Of a stretch of DNA of 64,000 nucleotides, positions 51,719-63,164 are shown in pieces. The stretch is from Malacoraja senta. Lineage: Eukaryota. Both the position numbers and the translations under genes were made by a program. The stretch lies in NCBI GenBank assembly GCA_038087875.1, contig CM075988.1, positions 27,716,001 to 27,780,000 on the forward strand, written 5' to 3'. The first letter of the stretch is position 1; the number at the start of each line of letters is the position of its first letter. The notes under the pieces were generated by a model. The model was given only the letters and a program-made list of their open reading frames with translations, was not told the origin of the DNA and did not search any database.

Positions 51719-52920
51719 GTAGAAACATAGAAAAATACGTGCAGGAGTAAGCCATTCGGCCCTTCGAGCCAGCACCGCCATTCAATATGATCATGGCTGA
51801 TCATCTAAAATTAGTACCCCGTTCCTGCTTTTTCCCCATATCTCTTGATTCCTTTTGCCCAAAGAGCTAAATCTAACCCTCTCTGGAAAAAGTCCAGTGA
51901 GTTGGCCTCCGCTGCCTTCTGTGGCAGAGAATTCCACAGATTCTCAACTCTGGTTGAAGAAATTTGTCCTCATCTCAGTCCTAAATGGCCTACCCCATTA
52001 TTCTTAAACTGTGACCCCTGGTTCTGGACTCCCCCAACATCGGGAACATTTTTCATGCATCTAGCCTGCCCATCCTTTAAGAATGTTATATGTTTCTCTA
52101 AGATTCCCTCTCATCCTTCTAAATTCCAGTGAATACAAGCCCAGTCGACCCATTCTTTCATCATATGTCAGTCCTGCCATCCTGGGAATTAACCTGGGGA
52201 TTACGCTGCACTCCCTGAATAGCAAGAATGGCCTTCCTCAATTAGGAGACCAAAATTGCACACAATACTCCAGCTGCGGTCTCACCAGGGCTCTGTACAA
52301 CTGCAGTAGGACCTCCTTGCTCCTAAACGCAAATCCTCTCGCAATCAGGGCCAACATGCCATTAGCTTTCTTCACTGCCTGCTGTACCTGCATGCTTACT
52401 TTCAGTGACTGATGTACAAGCACACCCAGGTCTCGTTGCACCTCCCCTTTTCCTAATCTGACACCATTCAGATAATAATTTGCTTCCTGTTCTTGCAACC
52501 AAAGTGGATAACCTCCAATTTATCCACACCATACTGCATCTGCCCACTCACCCAACCTATCCAAGTCACCCTGCAGCCTCATAGCATCCTCATCGCAGCT
52601 CACACTGCCACCCAGCTTTGTGTCATCCTCAAACTTGGAGATGTCACATTTAATTCCCTCATCTAAATTATTAATATATATTGTAAATAACTGGGGTCCC
52701 AGCACCGAGTCTTGCGGCACCCCACTCGCCACTGCCTGCCATTCTGAAAAGGACCTGTTAATTCCTATTCTTTGCTTCCTGTCTGCCAACCAGTTCTCTA
52801 TCCAAGTCAATACCCTACCCCCAATATTCTCTTGTGTGGGATCTTGTCAAAGGCTTTTTGAAAGTCCAGATACACCACATTCACTAGCTCTACCTTATCC
52901 ATTCTACTTGTTACATCCTC
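51719..52920 (-). mobile_element. CR1 (HER1-like) LINE, 3' 1.2 kb
   Basis: WIENWLADRKQRIGIN...GVPQDSVLGPQLFTIYINNLD...ISKFEDDTKLGG and RDLGVLVHQSLK...LVRPQLEYCVQFWSP, with a tagaaacatagaaa tail. Confidence 0.92.
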
Positions 52921-53499
52921 AGTAGCTTGTTTAAGGTTCCACCTAAACTAAATCCTGCTAACCCTGTTTTTTCTTGGATTAGTAGATAACCCTGATTGAC
53001 TACGAATAGGACAATGGAGTTTAAATTGGATTACCTTTTAATTTTTTTTGTATGATAGAAAAAAAACACATGAAACTTAATTATGCAGGCTCAACCAATT
53101 AATGAAATTTCTTTATACACAAAACATAGAATCATAGAAAATAGGTGCAGGAGTAGGCCATTCCGCCCTTCAAGTCAGCACCACCATTCAATATGCTCAT
53201 GGCTGCCATTCAATATGAAACAAACAATGATTATGTACCATTGAATGTGTGGTGCTGCATGTGTAAATAAACGTAAAAATACAGGTTCTTGGAATTCACA
53301 GTAACCTTTTCCGAGTTATTCAATTTGTTTGTTGATACTATAAGACAATATTTTCAGTTAGAAAATACCACATGAAGTGTATAACACAAATAATGATGGG
53401 ACTAATTGTTCAAACCCATTTCACTACCTAGTTGAAAAATGAACACGAGTATTTTGGTTTTAATCCTTTATTTTCTTTTAAATTGGGGGAAAATACTAT

Positions 53500-54007
53500 T
53501 GTTGCTATTGAGGGAGTGCAGCGTAGGTTTACAAGGTTAATTCCCGGGATGGCAGGACTGTCATATGCTGAGAGAATGGAGCGGCTGGGCTTGTATACTC
53601 TGGAATTTAGAAGGATGAGAGGGGATCTTATTGAAACATATAAGATTATTAAGGGTTTGGACACACTAGAGGCAGGAAACATGTTCCCGATGTTGGGGAA
53701 GTCCAGAACCAGGGGGCCACAGTTTAAGAATAAGGAGTAAGCCATTTAGAACGGAGACGAGGAAGCTCTTTTTCTCACAGAGAGTTGTAAGTCTGTGGAA
53801 TTCTCTGCCTCAGAGGGCGGTGGAGCCCGGTTCTCTGGATACTTTCAAGAGAGAGCTAGATAGGGCTCTTAAAGATAGCGGAGTCAGGGGATATGGGGAG
53901 AAGGCAGGAACGGGGTACTGATTGGGGATGATCAGCCATGATCACATTGAATGGCAGTGCTGGCTCGAAGGGCTGAATGGCCTCCTCCTGCACTTATTGT
54001 CTATTGT
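53500..54007 (+). mobile_element. CR1 LINE 3' end
   Basis: AIEGVQRRFTRLIPGMAGLSYAERMERLGLYTLEFRRMRGDLIETYKII and a (TATTGTC)n tail. Confidence 0.92.
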
Positions 54008-54084
54008 CCCACTCAGTGATGTACACTTCAATTATTTTTCTTTGAGATTACCTCATAATGTTGCTACCATGCCGAGAGCAGGTG

Positions 54085-55676
54085 GCAGCTCTTGGACATC
54101 TCCTGAATCCTAGCCCTTGACCATGACCCCACAGATGAACACCAGGCTATCATCTCCCAAACTGTTTCTGATCTCATCACCTCTGGCTATGCTCCCCCCA
54201 CCAGAGGCTCTAACTTTGTTGTTCCCCAGCCCCGCACTGTCCATTTCTATCTCCTTCGAAAATCCACAAACAGGACTGCCACAGTAGACTCCCCCCTCCC
54301 CCCCGTCTATGCCTGCTCCTGCCCGACTGACCTAATCTCCATATACCTTGATTCTATTCTATCCCCCCTTATCCAGTCCCTTTCCACTTACATCCGAGAC
54401 ACCTCACAAGCCCTTCAAATCTTTAATAACTTTCAATTTCTAGGCCCCTATTGCTTCATCTTCTCTCTGGACACCCGGTCCCTCCACATCTACATCCCCC
54501 AAAGGAAGGTCTCAGGGACCTCGATTTCTTGCTCGAACCCAACAATTTTTCCTCCTTTAACACTCTCCTCCACCTGGCAGAACTTGCCTTCATCCTCAAC
54601 AACTTCTCTTTTGATACCTCTCAATTCCTCCAAGTTAAAGGTGTAGCCATGGACACCTGCATGGGCCACAGATATGCCTGCCTTTATGTCAGTTACATCG
54701 AACAGTCCTTGTTTCAGGCATACACTGGGCTATTGAATAACCTCTCTGCTACATCGACGACTGCATCAGAACTGCCTCCTGCAGCCGTTCAGAACGTATG
54801 GATTTTAACTTCACCACTAACTTCTACACTGCCCTCAAATTCACCTGGACTATCTCTGACACCTCTCTACCCTTTCTTGATCTCTCTGTCTCCATCAGAC
54901 TATCGACTGACATCTATTATAAACCAGCCAACTCCCATAGTTATCTGAACTGCACTTCCTCTCACCCTGTCTCTTGCAAAGATGCTATTCCCTACTCCCA
55001 ATCCCTCTGTCTCCGCTGCATCTGCTTCCAAGATGAGACGTTCCATTCGAGGACATCCAAGATGTCCTCTTTTTTAATAAACCTGGTTCCCCCCCCTCTG
55101 CCTTCTGCCATAAATGAACCCATCAACCCTATGTGTCCCGTAGTTCTGCTCTTGCTTCCCCCACCAGGCAGAACAAGGAGCAGTCTGAAGAAAGGTCTTG
55201 ACCCGAAACGTCACCAATTCCTTCTCTCCAGAGATGCTGCCTAACTGGTTGAGTTGCTCCAGCATTTTGTGTCTAGAACAAGGAAAGAGTTCCCCTGGTC
55301 CTCACCTTTCACCCCACCAGTTTCCGCATCCAACACATCATACTCGTATTCTGACATTTCCGTTACCTCCAATATGACCCCACCACTAGTCACGTCTTCT
55401 TATCTCCGCCTCTTTTCACCTTCTGGAGAGACCACTCCCAATGCAACTCCTTGGTTCACTCATCCCTCCCTATCCAAACCACTCCCTCCCCAGGTAGTTT
55501 CCCCTGCAACTGCAGGAAATGTAACATTTATACCTACACCTCCACCATTGCCTCCATCCGGGGTAAAGTCCTTCCAGGTGAGACAGAGGTTCATGTGCAG
55601 AAGAATAGCACCTCATATTCCGCTTGGGTAACTTACAACCCAGAGATATGAACATTGAATTCTCCAATTTTAGGTC
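54085..55676 (+). mobile_element. Penelope-like element RT region, frameshifted and internally deleted
   Basis: KIHKQDC, YLDSILSPLIQSLSTYIRDTSQAL, QVKGVAMDTCMGHRYACLYV, CYIDDCI (catalytic YxDD), SLPFLDL and YKPANSHSYL..SSHP motifs. Confidence 0.9.
55180..55274 (+). mobile_element. 95-bp hammerhead-bearing module inserted with a 10-bp TSD
   Basis: AGAACAAGGA at 55170-55179 and 55275-55284 flanks gcagt-CTGAAGA-aa-GGT-cttg-ACC-c-GAAA-cg-TC-acc...tgtgtct. Confidence 0.85.
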
Positions 55677-55929
55677 CAACATTGGCCAGGTGGGGTTTTT
55701 GATAGGTAGATGGTTGGAACAAAGCCAGAGGTAAGAACAGGTGTGAGACAGCTTTCAGGAGTTATGGGTTGTGAAGTCAGAGGGAGGAAAGTGGTGGGGG
55801 GAAGGGGGTGAGTGGAGGGGAGAAACAGTTGGGGCACAGGGAAGGGAAAGGGGTGGAGTGCTAGAAAGAGATTGGGGGGGGGAGGAGTGTGGGGGTTCTG
55901 TACTCTTTTGCCCACAGTAGGGGTATCGA

Positions 55930-56185
55930 ACCATAAGACATAGGTTTAAGGTGTGGGGTAAGATTTAATAGGAACCTGAGGGGTAACGTTTTTACACAAA
56001 GGGTGGTATGTATGTGGAGGAGGTAGTTGAGGCAGGTACTATCATCATAATAAAAAAAAAACACATTTGGACAGGTTCATGGATAGGACAGCTTTAGAAG
56101 GGTATTGGCAGGTTGGACTAGTGTAGATGGGGTATGCGGGCAAGTTGTGCCAAAGGGGCTGTTTTCATGCTGTATGATTCCGAGT
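55930..56185 (+). mobile_element. CR1 LINE 3' end fragment
   Basis: cataggtttaaggtg...agatttaataggaacctgaggggtaac...tttacacaaagggtggt, as at 21440-21712. Confidence 0.8.
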
Positions 56186-56575
56186 GATGATGCTTTTTAC
56201 ATTTTTGCCAAGCTGACTTACTTATTATCTTAGAGAAGTGATTAAGCTTGTTCAATTTTGTCCTGAGTGGTAATAATGTGAAGGCTTGTTTTCAATATGT
56301 TGTACACGCTTTGTTGAAATCAATAACATTTTCATTTTTAACTTATAATACTCTGTATGCATTAGATGGTGTCAATGAGCAGAGTGATATTTTTGTTCAT
56401 GGTTTATTAGAGCATCATTGGAAAGTGTCTACATGCCTTATGGAAATGCGTCTATAAAACATTTAAAAATAAAATGAATACCAGTAGATTACAAAATATG
56501 AAGGCTTTGTTCCATGTCTGCATTTCACACATTAATGTTTGGAAGCACCTTGGTGTGGGCGTATGTGAAACGCAT

Positions 56576-58760
56576 ATTTTTATTTTTTTATTTTTCATTT
56601 GTTTAATTAGAAGTATTGTACAATGCAGTGATCTCAAACAAACATAAAAGTATACATTTCTTGTACCACTTCTTATTTTAAACTTTAATAAGAAAAAAGA
56701 TAGAGAGAGTTAGCGAAGATAGTGAGTGAGTGAAAGAGTGGTCCAGGGAAACCTGTAGGGACCTAAACCACAAGAAAGAGTTAAACAGAAAATAAAAGAA
56801 AAATAAAGAAAAAACAAGTAAGATAAGACAAGATAAAAGGGATGTACCTACTTCATATCTTTACACACCCCTCACCAGGTCCTGAAACCATATATTTTCA
56901 ACATTTTGTTGCACCCTATGTTTGTAATAAGTCGATAAATGGAGACCAAATCTTTTGGAAATGGTCTGATTTACCTGCTAAGAGGAATCTCATATCTTGT
57001 AGGTGTAACAGTTCGGACATATTAGAAATCCACATTTTTATCGTTGGTGTGGGAGCGTTTTTCCAGAATTTCAGTATGTTTTTTTGCCATTATTAAGCCG
57101 TAATTAAGGAAGCTCTTTTGAAACAAAGTCAGCTCAAAGCTGGCTTCGATTGTTCCAAAAATAATCACTTCTGCATTCGGTTTCAGTTTTATTTAAAATA
57201 ATTTCGTAAAAATTTCAAAGATTTCATTCCAAAATTTTTGAATTTTTATTCAAAAAACAAAAGAATGTGCTATAGTTGCTTCTTGGGTTAGACATTTACC
57301 ACAGATGGAAGAGACATTTGGATAAAATTTACTTATTTTAGCTTTTGAGTAGTATAGTATGTGTAAAGTTTTAAACTGAATTAGAATGTGTCTTACATTA
57401 ATCGAGCATTTATGCACATATAGCAAGTTATCCCAGCTCTGTTTTGAGATTTTTATAGCTAGTTCTTGTTCCCATTCTCTTCTAATTCTATCAGATGATG
57501 GTATTTCTGTATTTAGGATGTTATTATACAAATATGATATTAAGTTAGTTGATTCCGCCTTTATATTCATAGCATCGTCTAATAGGTCTGGAGATAAATT
57601 TTGATATTCTTGTGTATATTTTTTCAAATAGTCACGGATTTGAAAATATTTAAAATATTGATTACTTCTCAAATTGTATTTAAGTTGTAGTTGGTGAAAT
57701 GATAAAAAAAATTCCATTATCATACATGTCTCCAAACATTTTAATTCCTAATCTGTCCCAGTATGTAAAAGATTTATCTATAATAGATGGTTTAAACAAT
57801 GGATTATTAACTATAGGTGAGAGAAGCAATAGGTTTCTTAATTTTAAAGTTAATTTTATTTGTTTCCAAATTCTAATTGTACTATGAATAATTGGATTTT
57901 TACTATATATTGTATTATTCAATTTTGTTGGTGAGAGAAGGATCGCTCCTATATTAAAAGGGGAACAATCCTCTCTCTCCATTACTATCCAATCCATCTG
58001 CTGGGCCGAGTTGTCCAACAGGTGAATCATATTTTTGACATTTGCTGCCCAATAATAATACAAAAAATTAGGGAGTGTTAATCCGCCAAATTCTTTAGGT
58101 TTGCACAAATGTCTTCTTTGAATTCTATGGGATTTATAGTCCAGTTAATAAAAAAAAATTTGGGGGAAGTATTGATTGGAATAGATATAAAATTTGTGGT
58201 AGAAAAATCATTTTTATAGCATTGATTTTTATAGCATTCCGATTTTTATAACATCGGAAGAGTTTTCCAAAATTTAATCAGTGTGTTTAGTTTATTGAGT
58301 AAGGGCATATAGTTTGCATTAAATAAAGATTTATATTTTCTAGTAATTTCAATTCCCAAATATTTGAATTTTTCTGAAGCAATTTTAAAAGGGAATTTTA
58401 ACAGGTGTGTTGAATCTTGAGGTTTTATCGTCATAATTTCACTTTTATTCCAATTCTATATCCTGAAAAGGATCCAAATTCCTCTATTAGATTTAATATA
58501 TTTGGTATACTGATTTGTGATTTTGTGATATATAGTAATACATCATCTGCATATAATGATATTTAATTATTTGAGTATTTTGTATTATAACCATGGATAT
58601 TCGGATGTATTCTAATACTTTCCGCTAAAGGTTCTATTACAAGAGCAAATAGCAGAGGTGATAATGAACATCCCTGTCTATTTCCTCTTGATAATTGAAA
58701 TTTCGGGGACAACATATTATTCGTTAATATTCTGGCAGTAGGCCTGTCATATAATAGTTT
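56576..58760 (-). mobile_element. L1-clade LINE, 3' 2.2 kb of a disrupted ORF2 plus 3' UTR
   Basis: Minus-strand RGNRQGCSLSPLLFALVIEPLA (about 58620-58690), SLYADD (about 58545), FKYLGIEIT, KEFGGLTLPNFLYYYWAA, CGKC...HSF zinc-knuckle remnant, and an A-rich tail near 56576-56596. Confidence 0.9.
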
Positions 58761-60860
58761 TTATAAACGCATATTGATGGAGACCATTTCTGTGTCTTTC
58801 ATCCACGTGTATGGTTGTTTGCTGTCCATTGTTGATTGTGAAGATATTGTACCTCAAATGCAGAAGCATGCCTCTCCAGCACATGACACCTGTTTTGGTG
58901 TTGCTGAAGAAGCTAGAATTAAAAAACGGCTGACTCTTAGGATAGTTTCCAAACAGTATCCCTCATTCCAGCTGTACCCCAGATCATGAAACGTCACTAC
59001 ATTCCTCCAACTCTGCCTGCCAAAGCCAACTCCATTTCCCCAATTTAAACCTTAAGTCCTACCCCATCCTATTATTTGATTCCCAAGAAATATACCTGCA
59101 AACTATTCCATTTTCCTTCCCCTCTGGTGTGGTTTATGTAACTGCAAGGTATCTTAAATGTGGGAATAAGCTTCCCTGTTCTTTTAAATGTTATTGTTTC
59201 ATGAGCACTGAATTAAGAAAACCTATTTTTTGATGATTTTGATAATACAGACTGTTGGACATCAGTTTTGGAATTCCCAGTTGTCTTCGAGCAGGTGCTA
59301 TGTCGAGGGCAGTTCCTTGACCATAGTGAGAAATGTTCACCATGATCTGTCTTTTTGTATCAGCTCAGAGCATACATTTCTGAATTTAAGGCATATATAT
59401 GAAAGAACAATGCAGAAATATTGCAGAAATATCTTAACACATTTTTCTTGCCACCATTAGTATAACCTATTATAAGAGGTCTGAGTGAAGACATTTTGAA
59501 ATATTCAGATTATCTTTTTAGATAGGTAGCATCTTCGTCGCTGATTAAATGGCAATTTGCAAGACAAATTTACAATTTTAGCTGTTCTTGGATTAATACC
59601 AATGCATGAATTTTGATTGTTGCTGCAAAGAGTGTTGTTGAAGAAATGGAACTGATAGTATGAAAAAGATTAATATCTATTTTCTGGTTGCAATGAATTA
59701 TGGTGGAAAGAAAGTGCATTCAATTAAGAATTGTATGAAATAGGACTTAGGGGTCATAATTGAAAACTTCTTGCACTTCTGGATGAGACAAAACCCTTGA
59801 CTGGTTGTAAAAGATACAATGACATTATCTTGAAAGATGGTTATTCTTGTCCAAAATTTATCTTTAAACCAACAATACAAAAAAGATTGGTCTTTATCAA
59901 ATGGCTGTTTGTGGTATCTTCCTATGCATATTATATTTATCTGCATCATAAAAATGTCTGTACTTCAAAAGTACATTGTTGATTGCAAGGAGATCGGGGA
60001 TTTTGTAAAAATGACTGCAAAAGGTGCTGTGACCAATGAAATTAAGTGGCAATCTTGAGTAAAAGATATTATACCCAATCTGCCTTTGAAACTTAATTTC
60101 TGTCAATTGTGTTATTAGTTATATTTTTCAACTAATTGCAGATGAGGAAGTCTCAATGATAAGGATCACAGTATTTGAATTTGGTATCACTAATATCCAG
60201 AAAGTGGTATAATTTGTTGATCATACCAACTTACAGTAGACAGCCCATCAGCAACTGCTTGATCAATCTTTACATGTTTCAACCTTGGGAACAGAGAGTA
60301 TTAGTGCTCTTGATATCATCAATAAGAATTGGTTTGTTCATTTTCTTCCACGTCATACAGTGGGATTTTCTGAATCTGTGTTCATGTTATTGTTACCTTC
60401 AAACAACAGTTTTTGGTTATGAAGTTTGAGAATACCAAAATTTTTGATATACAAATAGCCACCAATGTCTATTTTTTTCCATATATAGACAGTAATTGGC
60501 ATGTTGCTATACTTATTACTATCTAACTACCCTTATTCTAGGTGCAATTAAAACATGTTTTGCGTGCATTTTATTTGGAATGGGAGGAAAACCTGCAGAA
60601 ATGTTGTGTAATGTTCAAATGGATGGTGATATGGCACAATTCATGCCAATGTCTATTTAAATATTAACAATAAACATCAATGCAAATTTACTTTTTCCTG
60701 GCGATGGTGTTCTAGTAACAGTTAGGAACTGAATAAAAGATCTATAATTTTATGCACTGGAAGATGAAACCACTGCACCCTCAACAAACTGTTTGAGAGC
60801 AAATCTACAATACAGCCTTTATGTTGAGAAAACAATTATGTCATGTGTCATTTATTATTC

Positions 60861-61363
60861 AGTTCCCAAGTGGGTCACATTGTTCTTGTGCAGATAGTTA
60901 GTCATTACATGTTGCTAAGAAACCATCATGGTAGCATCTTTGACTTTTTTTTACTATTGCATAATAATAATAATTGAAAAGTTAATAAAATCCATGAGTC
61001 AAATGGTAATTCTGAAATTGTGTTTTTTTCATTGCAATACTTGGGCAATTCTTTGAAGTTTTGCAAATATTGCAAAATAAAAAATATGCCGGCTGTCGCA
61101 TTCATTGATAGTTGAAGCTCAGCCTTTTGGGGCTCAAGAGACGAGGAGAAGGAAGTGACAGTGAAATGGTTTCTCAACTTTTATTTGATTTATTTATAAT
61201 GAAAAAAACACAATTTCAGAATTACCATTTGACTCATGGATTTTATTAACTTTTCAATTGTTATTATGGAATAGTTTAAAAAAAAGATGCTCCCATGATG
61301 GTTTCTTAGCAACATGTAATGGCTAACTATCTGCACAAGAACAATGTGACCCACTTGGGAACT
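60861..61363. repeat. Inverted repeat with arms of about 170 bp (60861-61033 and 61198-61363)
   Basis: agttcccaagtgggtcacattgttcttgtgcagatagttag...gaaattgtgtttttttcatt and its reverse complement, with scattered substitutions and indels. Confidence 0.92.
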
Positions 61364-61364
61364 T

Positions 61365-61601
61365 GAGAGTTGTGAATTTGTGGAATTCCCTGCCACAGAG
61401 GGCAGTGGAGGGCAAATCACTGGATGGATGTAAGAGAGAGAGTTAGATAGAGCTCTAGGGGCTAGTGGAATCAAGGGATATGGGGAGAAGGCAGGCACGG
61501 GTTATTGATTGGGGACGATCTGCCATGATCACAATGAATGGCAGTGCTGGCTCGAAGGGCCGAAAGGCCTCCTCCTGCACCTATTTTCTATGTTTCTATG
61601 T
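61365..61601 (+). mobile_element. CR1 LINE 3' end
   Basis: gagagttgtgaatttgtggaattccctgccacagagggcagtggagg...tttctatgtttctatg tail. Confidence 0.9.
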
Positions 61602-62494
61602 TAATTGCCCAAGTATTGCAATGAAAAACCCCAGAATTTTAGAATTGCAGAATATAACAATGTTTTAAGGAACTTTCCATGTAACTGTAGTTCATTATGA
61701 GTGAATTATAAGGCAATGTCACCAAACTTCATGAGCCCAGCATAATAGGCACTTTACTGTATAATTTGGTGTGACTATGTATATAGTTTATTTTATAAAA
61801 GTCATCTTTAAACTTTGTGATTGGTGTAGTTAGATTTTAGAATATCTTTCTAATATTAAATGTACAAAGACTGAGCCAGGGATTTATTAAATGATGACCA
61901 ACTGAAATTTCTTAGTCCCTGGTGATTTTAACTTTATTTAAAAAAGAGAAAATGTTGGAAATATTCAGAAGATTTGTCAGCATTCTGTGAAGAGAGAAGC
62001 AGAGTTAATAATTCAAGTAATCAGAATGCACTGGAGCCCACATTATCAGAATGATTTGACCATCTGTTACGGATGTGAGGAGTAATTCCTTTGCTCAGGG
62101 TGATGAATCTTTGGCATACTCTATACTTGAGATTTGTGGCAGCATAAACATTGAGTTCATTCCCTACTACATTCGATAGATTTCTGATTAAGAGAAATGG
62201 GGATGGTGCTGGAAAATAGTTGAAAATTGGCCACAATCTTGATTAAAAGCCGAGCAGGTTTGAAGGCAGAGGGCCTACTCTGTTTCTATTTTGTGCTTTC
62301 TTATGTCCTGGGCTCCATGGCCAAATTAACTCTAAAGGATAGTGAGGTAAATATTGATGGGAAATTCATCTGTCTGGTTTTAACAATGTAGTCAAGTTCC
62401 TGCATTGTTTTCAGGCTACAAACGTATTCCATTTATTTCAAAAGCATTTATTTGGTCAGCTATATCATCAACAGATGATATGGCTGACCAAATG

Positions 62495-62665
62495 CTACAT
62501 ATCAATGATTTGGATGAAAATATCGAAGGCTTGATTAGTAAGTTTGCCGATGACACAAAAGTGGGTGATATTGTAGATAACAAAGATGGTTGTCAAAAAT
62601 TACAGTAGGATCATAAACAGTTAGGCAATTGGGCTGAGGGAATTGTTAATGGAGTTTAATGTAGT
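62495..62665 (+). mobile_element. CR1 RT fragment that hosts the Tc1 insertion
   Basis: HINDLDENIEGLISKFADDTKVGDIVD. Confidence 0.8.
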
Positions 62666-62667
62666 TA

Positions 62668-63160
62668 CAGTGTCCTCCATAATGTTTGGCACAAAGACCC
62701 ATCATTTATTTATTTATCTCTGTACTCTGCAATTTGAGATTTGTAATAGAAAAAAAACATGTTGTTACAGTGCACATTGTCAGATTTTAATAAAGGCAAT
62801 TTGCATGCAATGACTGCTTGAAGTTTGCAATTCATGGACATCACCAGTTCCTGGGTGTCTTCTCTGGTGATGCTCTGCCTGGCCTGTATTGCAGCCATCA
62901 TTAGCTTATGCTTGTTTTGGGGGCTAGTCCCCTTCAGTTTTCTCTTCAGCATATAAAAGGCATGCTCATTTGGGTTCTGATCGGGTGATTGACTTGGCCA
63001 CTCAAGAATTGACCACTTTTTAGCTTTGAAAAACTCCTTTGTTGCTTTAGCAGTATGTTTGGGATCATTGTCTTGTTGTAGAATGAACCACCGGCCAATG
63101 AGTTTTGAGGCATTTGTTTGAACTTGAGCTAATAGGATGTGTCCATACACTTCAGAATTC
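62668..63160 (-). mobile_element. Second Tc1-family transposon (different subfamily), 3' end with transposase C-terminus
   Basis: TA|CAGTG terminus at 62666-62672 and [20 protein letters not shown]...WPSQSPDQNPNEH on the minus strand. Interrupted at about 63162. Confidence 0.88.
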
Positions 63161-63164
63161 CTAA

